NCBI RefSeq assembly: GCF_028641065.1
Contig: NC_073402.1
Coordinates: forward strand, 26,226,001-26,290,000
From: Leucoraja erinacea
Lineage: Eukaryota
Direction: 5' to 3'
DNA: 64,000 nucleotides
Within the stretch, counting starts at the first letter, position 1, and each line of letters opens with the position of its first letter. This document shows, one piece after another, positions 36,464 to 49,855 of this stretch. The notes beneath the pieces were generated by a model. That model had not been told where the DNA came from and searched no databases. It worked only from the letters and a program-made list of their open reading frames with translations. The translations under genes and the position numbers were made by a program.

Positions 36464-38269
36464 CTGCAAACGGAAAACGAGATAACGTGTTAAAGTGAGA
36501 GGAGCGTTTTGACAATTTGAGCATTTGTGAAGTTGCAAACAGTGTGTTCACTCTGCATGGGAATCAGCTCACATGTCCTCAGCCCGATAGCTCTCCCTTA
36601 CGAGAGGGCACTGTGCTGCGCGCCAGAGGGGTAGCCACTGCTGGCTGGACACTCTCCAAGAGCTTTCACCGTCATTGTCTGACAAGTATGCCGACGTCAC
36701 CCAGGCTTCCCACAGCCAGTCAATTAAATGATTGCCGAGTGCAATCAGTCTATTTTCAGCCCGACTCCAGTGTTGGTTTAGATTGAAGATAGACACAAAA
36801 AGCTGGAATAACTCAGCAGGTCATGCAGCATCGCTGGTCGATACAGAATCGGTGAGTTGAAGGGCCTGTTTAGAGATACAGTGGAAACAGGCCCTTCAAC
36901 CCACCGATTCCGCGCCGACCCGTACACTAATTCTACCCTACAAAGTCGGGAGAATTTACAGAGGCCAATTAACCAACAAACCTGCATGTCTTTGGAATGT
37001 GGAAGGAAATCGGAGAAAACCCACGCAGTCACAGGGAGAATGTACGAACTCTACAGACAGCACCCCTTGTCAGGATCGAACCCGGGTCCCTGGTGCTGTA
37101 ATGTGGCAGCTCTACTGCTGCGCCACAGTTGCAGTATGTTTAATTCAGTTTAGTGATACAGTGCGGAAACAGGCCAATCGGCCCACTGAGTCCGTGCTGA
37201 CCAGTAATCCCCGCACACTAACACCATTCTTAAGATAAGTTCAAGAAGTAACTAAAAATACAAATTAGTGCCCCTATGATTTTTTTTTTCACGTATAATT
37301 ACGCCAGAGTTAATTTCATGGGTCCAGTTCCATCCTGGGGGGGGGGGGGGTGGAAATATACGTGCCCTCTTTATTTCTGGATTGTCTATTTTGTCAGGCC
37401 ACTCATGCCCTCTCTATCACTCAGTGATCACCCATTAGCTTAAAATATCTTGGTTGGGGTAAGGGAGAGAAAATTAACTGCTAGCAAAACATAGCAAATG
37501 CAAATATTTCCTGTTGTTTTACCACAATAGTTATTTCAGCAGTCTCCTGGACTCAGAGCAGACAAGGCCAACGCAAATAGAGGTCGGAATGCAAATAGCC
37601 AATGAAAATAATTCTAACTATATAAATTTACAGCAACATAGAGTCACCCAGAATAAAGGGCTGCACACTTGGGGGAGGGGTGGGGGGCACAGTGGTAGAG
37701 TTACTGCCTTACAGCGCCAGAGACCCGGGTTCAATTCTGACCACGGGTGTCACCTGTACAGAGTTTGTACTTTCTTCCCCGCGACCTGCGTGGGTTTTCT
37801 CTGGATACTCAGGTTTCCTCCCACACTCCAAAGACGTACAGGTTTGTGGTTTAATTTGGCTTCTGTAAATCGTAAATTGTCCCGACTGTGTTAGTTAGTG
37901 TACGGGGAATGCTGGTCGGCACGGATTCAGTGGGCCATATTTCTGCATTGGAGAAACATTCATAAGATCTGCCACTTTGTTCCATCCAATTCATCTTAAG
38001 CTGTGGAATATACCCCCTAGTAATCAGTCTGTACCATTGAGTCAGACTATGATGCACTGTAAGGAAAAGCCCAGTGTTGGACAGCTTTGGGAATCGGTAC
38101 ACCATAGTTATTATCTCCTCTCATACATTCGACACTGACTCGTCATTTTCTTACATGACTCGTATTGTAACAGAAAACTGTCTCGTCAGCACTCAAGTGT
38201 CAAAACTGCTTGGCACCCTGAATGTGACTATGTTTGACACAACGAGGAATATAGGTAGTTCAATGGCAT

Positions 38270-38750
38270 CAGATTCAGATTCAATTTTAATTGTCATTGT
38301 CAGTGTACAGTACAGAGACAACGAAATGCATTTAGCATCTCCCTGGAAGAGCGACATAGCAAATGATTTGAATAAATAATAATAAGTGTCCGGGGGGGGG
38401 GTGGTGATTGGCAGTCACCGAGGTACATTGTTGAGTAGAGTGACAGCCGCCGGGAAGAAGCTGTTCCTCGACCTGCTGGTTTGGCAACGGAGAGACCTGT
38501 AGCGCCTCCCGGATGGTAGGAGGGTAAACAGTCCATGGTTGGGGTGAGAGCAGTCCTTGGCGATGCTGAGCGCCCTCCGCAGCCAACGCTTGCTTTGGAC
38601 AGACTCAATGGAGGGGAGCGAGGAACCGGTGATGCGTTGGGCAATTTTCACCACCCTCTGCAATGCCTTCTGGTCGGAGACAGAGCTGTTGCCATACCAT
38701 ACTGTGATGCAGTTGGTAAGGATGCTCTCGATGGTGCAGCGGTAGAAGTC
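38270..38750 (-). mobile_element. Rex1/Babar-type 3' fragment
   Basis: QRVVKIAQRITG..SHPNHGLFTLLPSGRRYRS..NSFFPAAV. (tctgaa)n tail. Confidence 0.85.
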
Positions 38751-39879
38751 AACATGATGTCAAAGCTGATACAAATCTTGATACAGAGATACCACGTTGC
38801 CAGCCAATGTCTTCAAGGTCAGGCACCATTAGAGTGGTGTCCAGGTCCTCTGTGATTCACGATACCAAAGCCAAATGGCAGTGGAGAGAATGATGCACAA
38901 TAACCCCATAATTATTAAATATTAAATATTATTAGCCCACGAGCACGAAGGGATCAACAAAATATTTATCCCGCAAACACTTCAATAGTGGAGCATATCT
39001 GATTGTTACAAAGACTTAAGGGTGGCACAGCAGTAGAGTTGCGGCCTTACAGCGCCAGAAACCAGGGTTCAATCCTGACTACGGGTGCTGTCTGTACAGA
39101 GTTTGTACAGTCTCTCTGTACAGACAGCGTGGGTTTTCTCCGAGATCTTCAGTTTCCTCCCACACTCCAAAGACGTACAGGTTTGTAGGTTAATTAGGTT
39201 GGTGTAAATGTAAATTGTACCGAGTGTGTGTGTGTGTGTAGGATAGTGTTAGTGTGCGGGAATCACGGGTCAGTGCAGGCCTGGTGGGCCGAAGGGCCTG
39301 TTTCTGCACTGTATCTCTAAACTAAACATGCATTTATCTGACACCTTTCATGGACACCTGATATCCAAAATTGCAGTGAAACCAATGAATGACCTCTTTC
39401 TTGTAACCAAAAATGAGACAAATCAACTCAGATTTCCAAAATGTAGCTACCAGTTTTTTCCAGAAGTTGACTTGAGTGATCAGTATCAGGGAAGAATATC
39501 GGAGAGAATTGTTCTATTTTCAAAAGCAATGTTGCATCTTTTAGACCTGCCCGAGGTACGATCAAGTTTCTTGAGTTTTAAGCATCTTCGAAGGGCTTTT
39601 TACTCCGGTTTCTTGACATCAGTAGCAAGCACTATTAATATGATGACAGGCCAAAGATTGCGAAGGTGCATCATGCAGAGCTACCAGCAGATGGCACCGA
39701 CATGCTCATACAATCCTTTATTCCCCATAGACCCCACTTCCCTGCACACACAAATACACATTTAGCTCTGGTGAGTGTGCGCATTTTTCTGGCCGGGCAA
39801 ATGGGAGCTCTAGGTTGTTGGATGAAAACAGGATGAGAATGGACTTAAAAATCACAAAGCAATCAGCCGAGTTATCTTG

Positions 39880-40066
39880 GGTTACACAAAAAAGCTGGAG
39901 AAACTCAGCAGGTGCAGCAGCATCTATGGAGCGAAGGAAATAGGCAACGTTTCGGGCCGAAACGTTGCCTATTTCCTTCGCTCCATAGATGCTGCTGCAC
40001 CCGCTGAGTTTCTCCAGCTTTTTTGTGTAACCTTCGATTCTCCAGCATCTGCAGTTCCCTCTTTAA
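39880..40066. mobile_element. PLE-derived palindromic element, family P2
   Basis: Near-perfect palindrome. 16-bp TSD cagccgagttatcttg at 39864-39879 and 40067-40082. Confidence 0.82.
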
Positions 40067-43000
40067 CAGCCGAGTTATCTTGACTTTCTTAGTATGCAGG
40101 AAGGAACTGCAGATGTCAGTTTAAACTGAAGATAGACACAAAACGTCCGAATAACTCAACGGGTCAGGCAGCATCTCTGGAGAAAAGTGCTCCCGGTACG
40201 TCGCCAATTCCTTTTCTCCAGAGATAGTCGGTCCATGACTTTCTTACTTCTCCATTTCTCCCTCAGTAACAAGCTTATACAGCACGGAAACGGGACCCTT
40301 CAGCCCAACTCATCCATGCTGACCAGGGTGCTTTCATGATCTAGCCCAATTGGCATCTGGCATATATCCCTCCAACATTGAGGGCGGTGCAGCGGAGAAG
40401 TTGCTGCCGTACAACGCCTGAGACCCGGGTTTGATTCTGACCATGGGTGCTGTCTGTACAGCTTGTATGTTCTCCCTGTGACCACTTGGGTTTTCTCCGG
40501 GCGCTCCGGTTTCCTCCCAGACTCCAAAGACGTACAGGTTTGTAGGTGAATTGGTTTCAGTAAAAATAGTAAAATGCCCCCAGTGTTTAGTGTATGGGGT
40601 GATCGTCAGTCGGCACGGACTCGGTGGGCTGAAGGGTCGGTCTGTTTCTGCACTTCACGTCCAAAGTCTCTAAACTCTTTCATCCAGGAAGGGTTGCTGA
40701 GGAGTTACAAATAAAATTAAACATTGCACAAACAACTGTGAACATCCCCATCTCTGACCCAATGATGGAAAAAAAAGGTGACATGGAACATAGAACTGCA
40801 ACAAGGAACAGGCCTTTCAGTCCACACTGACTGCATCAAACACAACGCCAAGTTAAACTTATCACCTCTGCCTGCACGTGATCCAAATCCAGCCATCCCA
40901 TGCCGATCAAGGGCCCCGAAGGTAGCTGCGCCAACTGTATGTTTGGACCACGGCTATGATGATGTCTAAAGCCAAGCGATCCTGGCAAAAGCTAAACCAG
41001 ACGTTGGTTAGCAGCGTATTGGAAGATTCTCAATGTGGCTTAAACAGAGACGCACTCGGAGCTAAAATAATTGGCTCATTTGCAGCCCACACCTTCTGCT
41101 CAGTTACGAACAACCATCTCCCAAAGGCCCTGGTTGATTAGAACTCCCCAACTCTGGCACAAGTTGAGATAAGTCACACCATGGGTTTACTGTTTGATAG
41201 AGCTGACCTCCCAGATCTGCATGCCTCCGTTTCTCAATCCAGTCTCTCTTTTCTTCTTTTTCCAGCTGATTTTTCTCCTCACTCAAGCCTCATATCCCAC
41301 CAGTTACAGAAAGGAAATGCTGCTCTGCTGTTCACAGATGCCCAAGTGCCATTCTCAACTTGCCTGCAAACACTACAACATTTTCTACAAAGGTTTCTGA
41401 TTCTGAATGCTGAACATTTAATTCAAATCCTCCTGTCAAATCCTTCAGGGCAGAAATGTAGCTGTCCTAGAGTCATACAGCATGGAGAAAGGCCCTTCGG
41501 CCCAACTTGCCCATGCCAACCAAGATGCCCCATCTACACTAGTCCCACCTGCCTGCGTTTGGCCCATGTCCCCCCCCCCTAAATCTCCGTAAGCCTCTGG
41601 GGCTTTCACACGTCAGCTTACTAAGTCACTTCAGGTCATTGTGCCAAATTCCCCTCCATACCTCCCCCTAAAGGTCAACGCTGGCGCAGCGGTAGAATTG
41701 CTGCCATACAGCGCCAGAGAGCCGGGTTCGATCCAGTCTACAGGTGCTTGTCTGTTTGGAGTCTCTCGTGACCTTTCACTGAGATCTGCGATTTCCTCCC
41801 ACACTCCAAAGACGTACAGGTTAAAGGTTAATTGGGTTGGTATAAAAGTATAAATGTAAAACTTGTCCCTCGTGTGTGTAAGGGGATCGCTGGTCAGTGC
41901 GGACTCGGTGGGCCGAAGGGCCTGTTTCCGCGCTGTGTCTCTAAACTAAACTAAAGAACTAAACTACAAAGGCGAAGAATATAAAAACCATTGTCACAAT
42001 GTACGCATACTGACAGTCGACACAACCTGACCATTAAATCCACAGATTCACCAGACTACCCACAATGACTCCACTTATTGCAAGTCACACAATGAGGCCA
42101 ATTCACTTCCCACCTCTACATTTCTCTGTGGGCTTCTGCACAGAATGCATCACCTTTACAGTTGTACGTCAGCAAACTATTGTCTTTCAGAAACACCGAG
42201 CTAAATATGTCAAAAGCATCGGCATGTCTGCGGTGCATCTTGGACAATACAGCTCACCCCTTTCACGACACACTGGTCAACCTGAGGAGCACCTTGGGCA
42301 ACAGACTGGTTCCACCAAGATGCAGGACGGAACACCACAGGAGATCCTTCTTCCCCGACTCTATTCACCCTCCCCTCCCCCCGCCTCACCCACCCAATCC
42401 TTTCCACTCGTCACTTTAATTTCGTGTATTTTGTGTTTTATGACTGTTGGGAATTTCCCCCCTGGGATAAATAAAATTCCATTGTATCATATCTTATGTG
42501 CAAGGTGGTGTTCTGACCCATACCCATTCTGACCCCCTAACCCAGACAGAAGCAAAGCGGACCAGACAGTCCTTTAAGCCTGCTTCACCATTCGATAAGA
42601 TCCTACATCTCAAGCTACTTAATCCCTACATTCTGACTTGATCTATCTCTCCCTCCTAATCCCATACACCTACCTTCACCCCATAATCCTGGACACCTGT
42701 ACTAATCAGGAATATATCTATCTCTAGCCTAATTCTGTTTCTACAACTGATAAATAGCTAAGCCCTTGCCCTGCGACCAAGCTTCCAAGCTCTGGAAACT
42801 CCAGCAAAGGAGGCAGGTAGTCTTGTGGCCCAAATGGCACATCAGCTAAATCTGCTGAGTGAGAAATGAAGAGGTGGATTTGTCAGCGATAGACAAAGCG
42901 AGAGACTGCATTGACGTCAGTTTGCCATTTGCCGTAAGTCTGTGTTTCACCAGCCGGTGTAGCACAGCAACAGATTTGTTGTAGCGTTAGCATCTTCTCA

Positions 43001-45174
43001 TTTATGTCTATCAGCATATTCTTTCTTTCTCCTTAAACGTCTCCATAATATCTGCCTGAGCCCTTCCATACGGTGACAAGAGATTTCTCCTTGTCACCAA
43101 TCGAAATTGGTGAATCTGTGGAATACTTTGCCACAGAAGGCTGTGGAGGACAGGTCAATGGATATTTTTAAAGCAGAAATAGATAGATTCTTGATTAGTA
43201 CAGGTGTCAGGGGCTATGGGGAGAAGGCAGGAGAATGGGGTCAGGAAGGAGAGATAGATCAGCCATGATTGAATGGTAGATTAGACTTGATGGGCTGAAT
43301 GGCCCAATTCTCCTCCTATCACTTATGACCTTATGACATGAGTTTGGTCGCGAGTTAGCAGAGACCAAACTCTCTGATGTTTGGTCCCCAACATCAGGGA
43401 ATAACTCAGCGGATCAGGCAGCATTTCTGGAGAGCATGGATCTGTAGTGTTTCTGGTCCAGACCAGTCTGAAGAAGGGTCCATACCCGAAATGTCAGCCA
43501 TACACTAGCTCTACGTCTTTGAAGTGTGGGAGAAAACCGGAGCACCAGGAGAAAACCCACGTGGTCACAGGAAGAGTGTGCAAACTCCGTATAGACAGCA
43601 CCCATGTCAGGATTGAACATGGGTCTCTGTCGCTCTAAGGCAGCAACTCTACTGCTGTGCTACTGTGCCGCCCTCTTGATCGATCGAGGAGAGGTGAGAA
43701 AACCACAGTTTAAGAATAAGGAGTAAGCCATTTAGAACGGAGACGAGGAAACACTTTTTCTCACAGAGAGTGGTGAGTCTGTGGAATTCTCTGCCTCAGA
43801 GGGCATTGGAGGCAGGTTCTCTGGATGCTTTCAAGAGAGCTAGATAGGGCTCTTAAAAATAGCGGAGTCAGGAGATATGGGGAGAAGGCAGGAACGGGGT
43901 ACTGATTGTGGATGATCAGCCATGATCACATTGAATGGAGGTGCTGGTTTGAAGGGCCAAATGGCCTGCTCTTGAACCTATTGTCTATTGTCTATTGTCT
44001 AAAACCGTGTTTGATTGATTTGTTGGTTCAATTACTTTATCGAGACTTGTACGAAGGAACTGCAGATGCTGGTTTAAACCGAAGATAGACACAAAGCGCT
44101 GGAGTAACTGAGAGGGACTGGCAGCATCTCTGGAGAGAAGGAATGGGTGATGTTTTGGGTAGAGCAAAGAAGGGTCTTGACCCGAAACGACACCCATTCC
44201 TTCTCCAGAGAAGCTGCCTGTCCCGCTGAGTTACTCCAGCACTTTGTGTCTATCTTTACTATATCGAGGCGTTGTTCAGAAGTAGCGGAAGATCAGACAC
44301 TGTTGCCTTCGCTTGGTGCTCGGAGCCCATATTGCAACAGGGCCTCCTGTAAACTCTTTGTTACAATTCTGGAGAGGATCTTCCACAATCCCTCCCCATA
44401 GCAAGATTGCAATGATAAAAAGCCATTTCCTTAATAATGACTGGTTCGATGCCATCAACTCATTTAAAAATAAAAATGCTGCTTGGTTTATAGTCTTTGG
44501 ATGATAATCTGACTGAATCGCTCTGAATCCTGTCCAGAAATAATAAACGACAAACTCATATCAACCACATGTTTTCAGTAACAAAGAAATACTCAGAAAG
44601 AAAGGGTTTCAATTTATTAAGTGTCTTTCACAACCTAAATGCTTTACAATTAAAGTTCATAACTGATAGGAGCAGAATTAGGCCATTCGGTCCATCAAGT
44701 CTACTCCGCCATTCAATCATGACTGATCTAGCTCTCCCTCCTAACCCCATTCTCCTGCCTTCTCCCCATAACCTCTGACTCCCATTGTAATCACTAAAGA
44801 AGCACTTCGTTCAAATTCAAACAAACGTCAATGAAATGAAAACTGAATCATATATTTTCATGATTTGAGACGAGGTATAATTATTGATGAGATTTATCCC
44901 ACCTAAAATTTCCGATACAGAAGCCACCATGAGTTGTTTTGTGGTAGCTTCCCCAAGCAAAGACGCGTACAGATTTGATTAACAAGTTATAGGAAAGATG
45001 TGATTGCACTGGAGGGTGTGCAGGGGAGCTTTACAAGTATATTAATCGGGCTGGAATATTGTAGTTATGAGGATTTTTGGATAGGCTGAGGTGGTTTTCT
45101 GTGGAAAATAAGCCGACGACCCAAGATGGTGAATTTAGAGTGGAACCCACAGTAAATACAAAGGAACATCGACA

Positions 45175-45365
45175 CATAATGTGGGTCAGGCAGCAACTCC
45201 GCAGAAAGGGAACAGGTGACGTTTCGGGTCAAGACCCTTCTTCAGACTAGACTGGAAACGTCACCTCTTCCTTTTCTCCAGAGATGCTGCCTGTGCCGCT
45301 GCGAGTTACTCCAGCATTTTGCGTCTATCTTCGGTGTAACCCAGCTTCTGCAGTTCCTTCCGACA
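45175..45365. mobile_element. P1 palindromic element with intact hammerhead-like core (minus strand, 45218-45245)
   Basis: Minus strand reads CTGAAGA A GGGT-CTTG-ACCC GAAAC GTC ACC. Inverted arms. Confidence 0.75.
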
Positions 45366-46570
45366 TAAATACAAAGGATCGCTTTTAAGTTTGTGTAGAA
45401 ATACAGCATAGAAATGGACCCTTTGCCCCATTGAGTCCACGCTGACCATTGATCACCTATTCGCACTAGTTCTGTGTTATCCCATTTTCTCATTTCCCCC
45501 CCCCCTACATACTACAGACAATTTACAGAGGCCAATACACCTACACGTCTTTGGGGTGTGGGAGGAAACCAAAGCACCTAGAAGAAACCAATGCGGAAAC
45601 AGGGAGAATGTGCAAACTCCACACAGACAGCACCGGCGGTCAGGATTGAACCCTGGTCCCATAATTTAGCAGCTCTACTGGTAATGGGTCAAATAATCAC
45701 ATTATGTGTTGCCCAGATTCTCCATTAAATAATAAAACTTAAAGTGCTGGAGTAACACAGTGTCAGACAGCATCTCTAGAGAGAATAGATAGGTGACATT
45801 TCGGGATTGGGCCCTTGAGGTTGGAAGAAAAGTCCTGACCCGAAACATCACTATAGATGTTCTCCAGAGATACTGCCTGACCAGCTGAGTTACTGTAGCA
45901 TTTTGTGTTATTCTTAGGTAAACCAGCATCTGCAGTTCTTTGTTATTATAAACAATCTCCTTCAATGCTATGGATCTCAGGAGAGAACTGGGTTATCATG
46001 AATTAGTACGGGTGTTGGGGGTTATGGGGAGAAGGTAGGAGAATGGGGTTGAGAGGGAGAACTAGATCAGCCATGATTGAATGGCGGAGTAGACTTGATG
46101 AGCCAAATGACCTAATTCTGCTCCTGTTCATCTTATGAACATGCAATAATGAAGTGTTTTGCATTCATTTCAACTGATTCTGACATCACAACTGTGAATT
46201 TATTCACTAAAGCAAAATGCTCAAGATTTAGGGCAAGCCTAGAAGTGTGAGATTTCGGTGCCAACTGGATGGAGGTGCTTGAGGTTAGAAGCCTGGAGCA
46301 TTAGTGTATGGAGACAGTGGCTTGGATCCCCACTGTGTTAAATTCATCACACGCAGGGCTAGTCAATCTCTCGGCTGCCAAAGGAAATGTTGGAGTAAAC
46401 CTCAAGGTCTGACCATTCCATGTCGGCTTACATAATCGCAGACCCATCCAAAACACTGCCATCAGTATCCTCACTCACACCAGTCTCCCTTCACTCCGTT
46501 CATCTTGACATAGGTTTAAAGTGAAGTGGGGGCGGAATATTTAATAGGAACTCGAGGGGCAACTTTTTTT

Positions 46571-46572
<2 letters not shown>

Positions 46573-46605
<33 letters not shown>
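46573..46605 (+). repeat. (AC)n microsatellite expanded inside a CR1 tail
   Basis: Pure AC run at the CR1 ttttcacacag site. Confidence 0.95.
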
Positions 46606-46607
<2 letters not shown>

Positions 46608-46658
46608 GTGGTGGGTATACGGAACTAGCTGCCAGAGGAGGTAGTTGAGGCAGGTACC

Positions 46659-47480
46659 TCATCTGGCTCTGAACACCAGGAAAACAAAAGAGCTCATTGT
46701 CGACTTCAGGAGGCACAGCACCGACTTAGCCCCCCTACACATCAACGGCGAGTGTGTGGAGAGGGTCAACACCTTCCGGTTTCTCGGCGTCCATATCGCT
46801 GCTGATATCTCCTGGACGGACAACACGATAGCGGTCATCATGAAGGCTCAGCAGCGGCTGCACTTCCTGAGGGTCCTCAGGAAGCACAACCTGGACTCTA
46901 ACCTGCTGCTGACCTTCTACCGCTCGTCCATCGAGAGCCTGCTGACATACTGCATTACAGCATGGTATGGCAGCTGCACCATGGCAGACAGGGAGAGGCT
47001 TCAGCGGGTAACCAGGACAGCGCAGAGGATCATTGGTTGCCCTCTCCCCTCCCTGATGGACATCTACACCTCCCGCTGCCTTAGCAGGGCAAAGAAGATC
47101 ATCAAAGACAGCTCCCATCCTGCGTTTGGACTGTTCGACCTGCTGCCCTCTGGAAGGCGCTATAGGTGCATCAAATCCAGGACAAACAGACTCAGGAATA
47201 GTTGCTTTCTGAGAATTATAACTACTATTAATTCTAATTCACACATGCACTGACTTCACAGCCCAACACGGACTTCCATCTGTATATATGTATATATGTA
47301 TGTAGCGCCGCAGAAATTGTGCACCTATTCCCGCCCCCCTCCCCCCCCCCCCCCTCTCCCTTCTGTTTTTTGTTTTTCTGTTTCTTGTTTTTTGTGCTAA
47401 ATTGTATGTATGCACTGAGTACGAGCAGCTTTCATTTTCACTGTACATGTATAGTGACAATAAATGGCATATTTATCTAT
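46659..47480 (+). mobile_element. Rex1/Babar-type LINE 3' fragment inserted in a CR1 tail
   Basis: Open ~200 aa: LNTRKTKELIVDFRR..INGECVERV..FRFLGVHI..KAQQRLHFLR..FYRSSIESLLTYCI.AWYG..LLPSGRRYR. TSD aggtacc at 46652-46658 and 47481-47487. Confidence 0.88.
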
Positions 47481-47654
47481 AGGTACCATCACAACATTTA
47501 AAAAACATTTGGACAGGTGCATGGATATGATAGTTATAGAGGGATATGGGCCCAGCGGCAGGTGGGACTAGTGTAGATGAGGCATGTTAGTTGACGGGCA
47601 AGTTGGGCCGAAGGGCCTCTTTCCATGCTGTATGACTATCATTCAATCGTAGAT

Positions 47655-48815
47655 TGTTATAGTGTGGAAACAGGCCCTTCGGCCCAACTCGCCCATACTG
47701 GCCAACAATGTCCTAGTCCCACTTGCCTGCGCTTAGTCCATATCCCTCCAAACCCATCTAATCCATGTGCCTGTCGAATTGTTTCTTAAACAATGTGATG
47801 GTCCTAGCCTCAAGTCCTCTTCTGGCAGTTTGTTCCATATGCCCACTACTCTTTGTGAGAAAAAGTTACCCCTCTAATTCCTATTAAATTCCCCTTCACC
47901 TTGAACCTATTTCTTCTGGCCCTCAATTCCCCTACTCTGGGTAAAAGACTCTGTGCATCTACCCGATCTATTCCTCTCATGATTTTGTGCACCTTTCTAA
48001 GATCACCCTGCATCCTCCTGCACTCCATGGAATAGAGACCCAACCTACTCGACCTCTCCCTATAGCTCACACTCTCTAGTCCTGGCAACATCCTCATAAA
48101 TCATTTCTGAACCCCTTTCAAGCTTGACAATATCTTTCCTATAATATGGTGCCCAGAACTGAACACAATATTCTAAATGCGGTCTCACCAATGTCTTATA
48201 CAACTACAACATGACCTCCCAACTTCTATACTCAATACTGTAACTGATGAAGGCCAAAGTGCCAAAAGCCTTTTTGACCACCTTATCTACCTGCGACTCG
48301 ACCTACAATGAACCATGCACCTACACTCCTAGATCCCTCTGCTCTACAACACTACCCAGAGGCCTACCATTTACCATGTAGGTCCTGCCCTTGTGCAACA
48401 CCCCAAAATGTAAGACTTCACACTTCTCTGTATTAAATTCCATCAACCATTCCTCCGCCCACCTGGCCAATCGATCCAGATCCTGCTGCAATCGTTCACA
48501 ACCATCTTCACTACCTGCAAAACCACTAACTTTTGTATCACCAGCAAACTTGCTAATCTTGCCCTGTATGTTCTCATCCAAATCATTGATGTAGATGACA
48601 AACAGTAACGGGCCCAGCACGGAACTCTGTGGCACACCACTAGTCACAGGTGGCCTCTAGTCTGAGAAGCAACCTTCCACCATCACCCTCTACTCCCTTC
48701 CATGGAGCCAAATTGCTATCCATTCAGCTATCTCTCCTTGGATCCCGTGCGATCTAACCTTCCAGAGCAGCCTGCCATACGGAACCTTGTCGAACGCCTC
48801 ACTGAAGTCCATCTA
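47655..48815 (-). mobile_element. CR1-clade LINE 3' fragment with degenerate RT
   Basis: TSGVPQSSVLGPLLFVIYINDLD..KFAGDTK..FNTEKCEVLHFG. Tail gggccgaagggcctgtttccac. Confidence 0.9.
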
Positions 48816-49855
48816 CATCCTGGTTTTAACAAGCTACTTTTATTTTGGATTCACATATTTCAGGAGGCTTTTTTTCCTTCTATCTTTAAACCCATCTAAT
48901 CCTTTAATCATGTTGAACACTTCAGTAAGCCGAGCATATAATATTTTTATACTCAAGGAAATGGAAGCTTAACATGGGGAGCTTGTCTTCATCAATGGCC
49001 CACTGTTATTCCATCAATTTCCCTCCAGTTGCAGCATTTCCTTTGGCTTAGTAGGTAGCTTCTACCCAGAGAAGTTCACTTTAGTTTAGAGAAACAGTAT
49101 GGAAAGAGGCACTCTGACCATCGATCACCCGTTCTATGCCATCACACTAGTTCTGCAGGATCTCGCTTTCTCATTCACTTGGGGAAATTTTAGGGGCATC
49201 AAATAACCGCCAAACTCGCAAGGCTCTGGGATGTGGAAGGAGACCGGAGCGCCTGGAAAAAGACACATGTGGTCATGAGGAGGACACGGAATCTCCACAC
49301 AAACGATGCCCGGGGTGAGGATCAAACGTGGGCCTCTGGCTCTGTGAGGCGGCAATTCTACCAGCTATGCCACTGTGCCACCCATTAGGAGTTTGTGGGG
49401 TCACATCCCATGAAACTCAAGTGCAAAATTGAACACCATCAAATAAGTTTACCATTTGGGAGATCATTAAACATAGAACAGCACAGAACAGCAACAGGCC
49501 ATTCAGCCCACAATGTCGGTTCTGAGCACGACACCAAGATAAACCAACCCCATTTGAGAAATGAAAGTAAAGTATCATTCTTAAGCCCTCTTAAGCTGCA
49601 TGCTAGCCCTCATCAATATGTATTGTTCAATCAACATTAATGAAGCAGTACATCTGGTCATTAAGAAGATACTGTCTGTGTGAAGTTGTTGCACAAAATT
49701 AGCTCTAAGGCTTCCGACATCTCACCAACAACTCCATTTCAAAATCACTTTGTTGACTTTACAGTGTTTATTGGATGGCCTCTATAATTTCAGTCCAGGT
49801 GAAAGATCTCAACGTGAAACATCGCCTATCTATTCCCTCCACAGATGCTGCCTAT

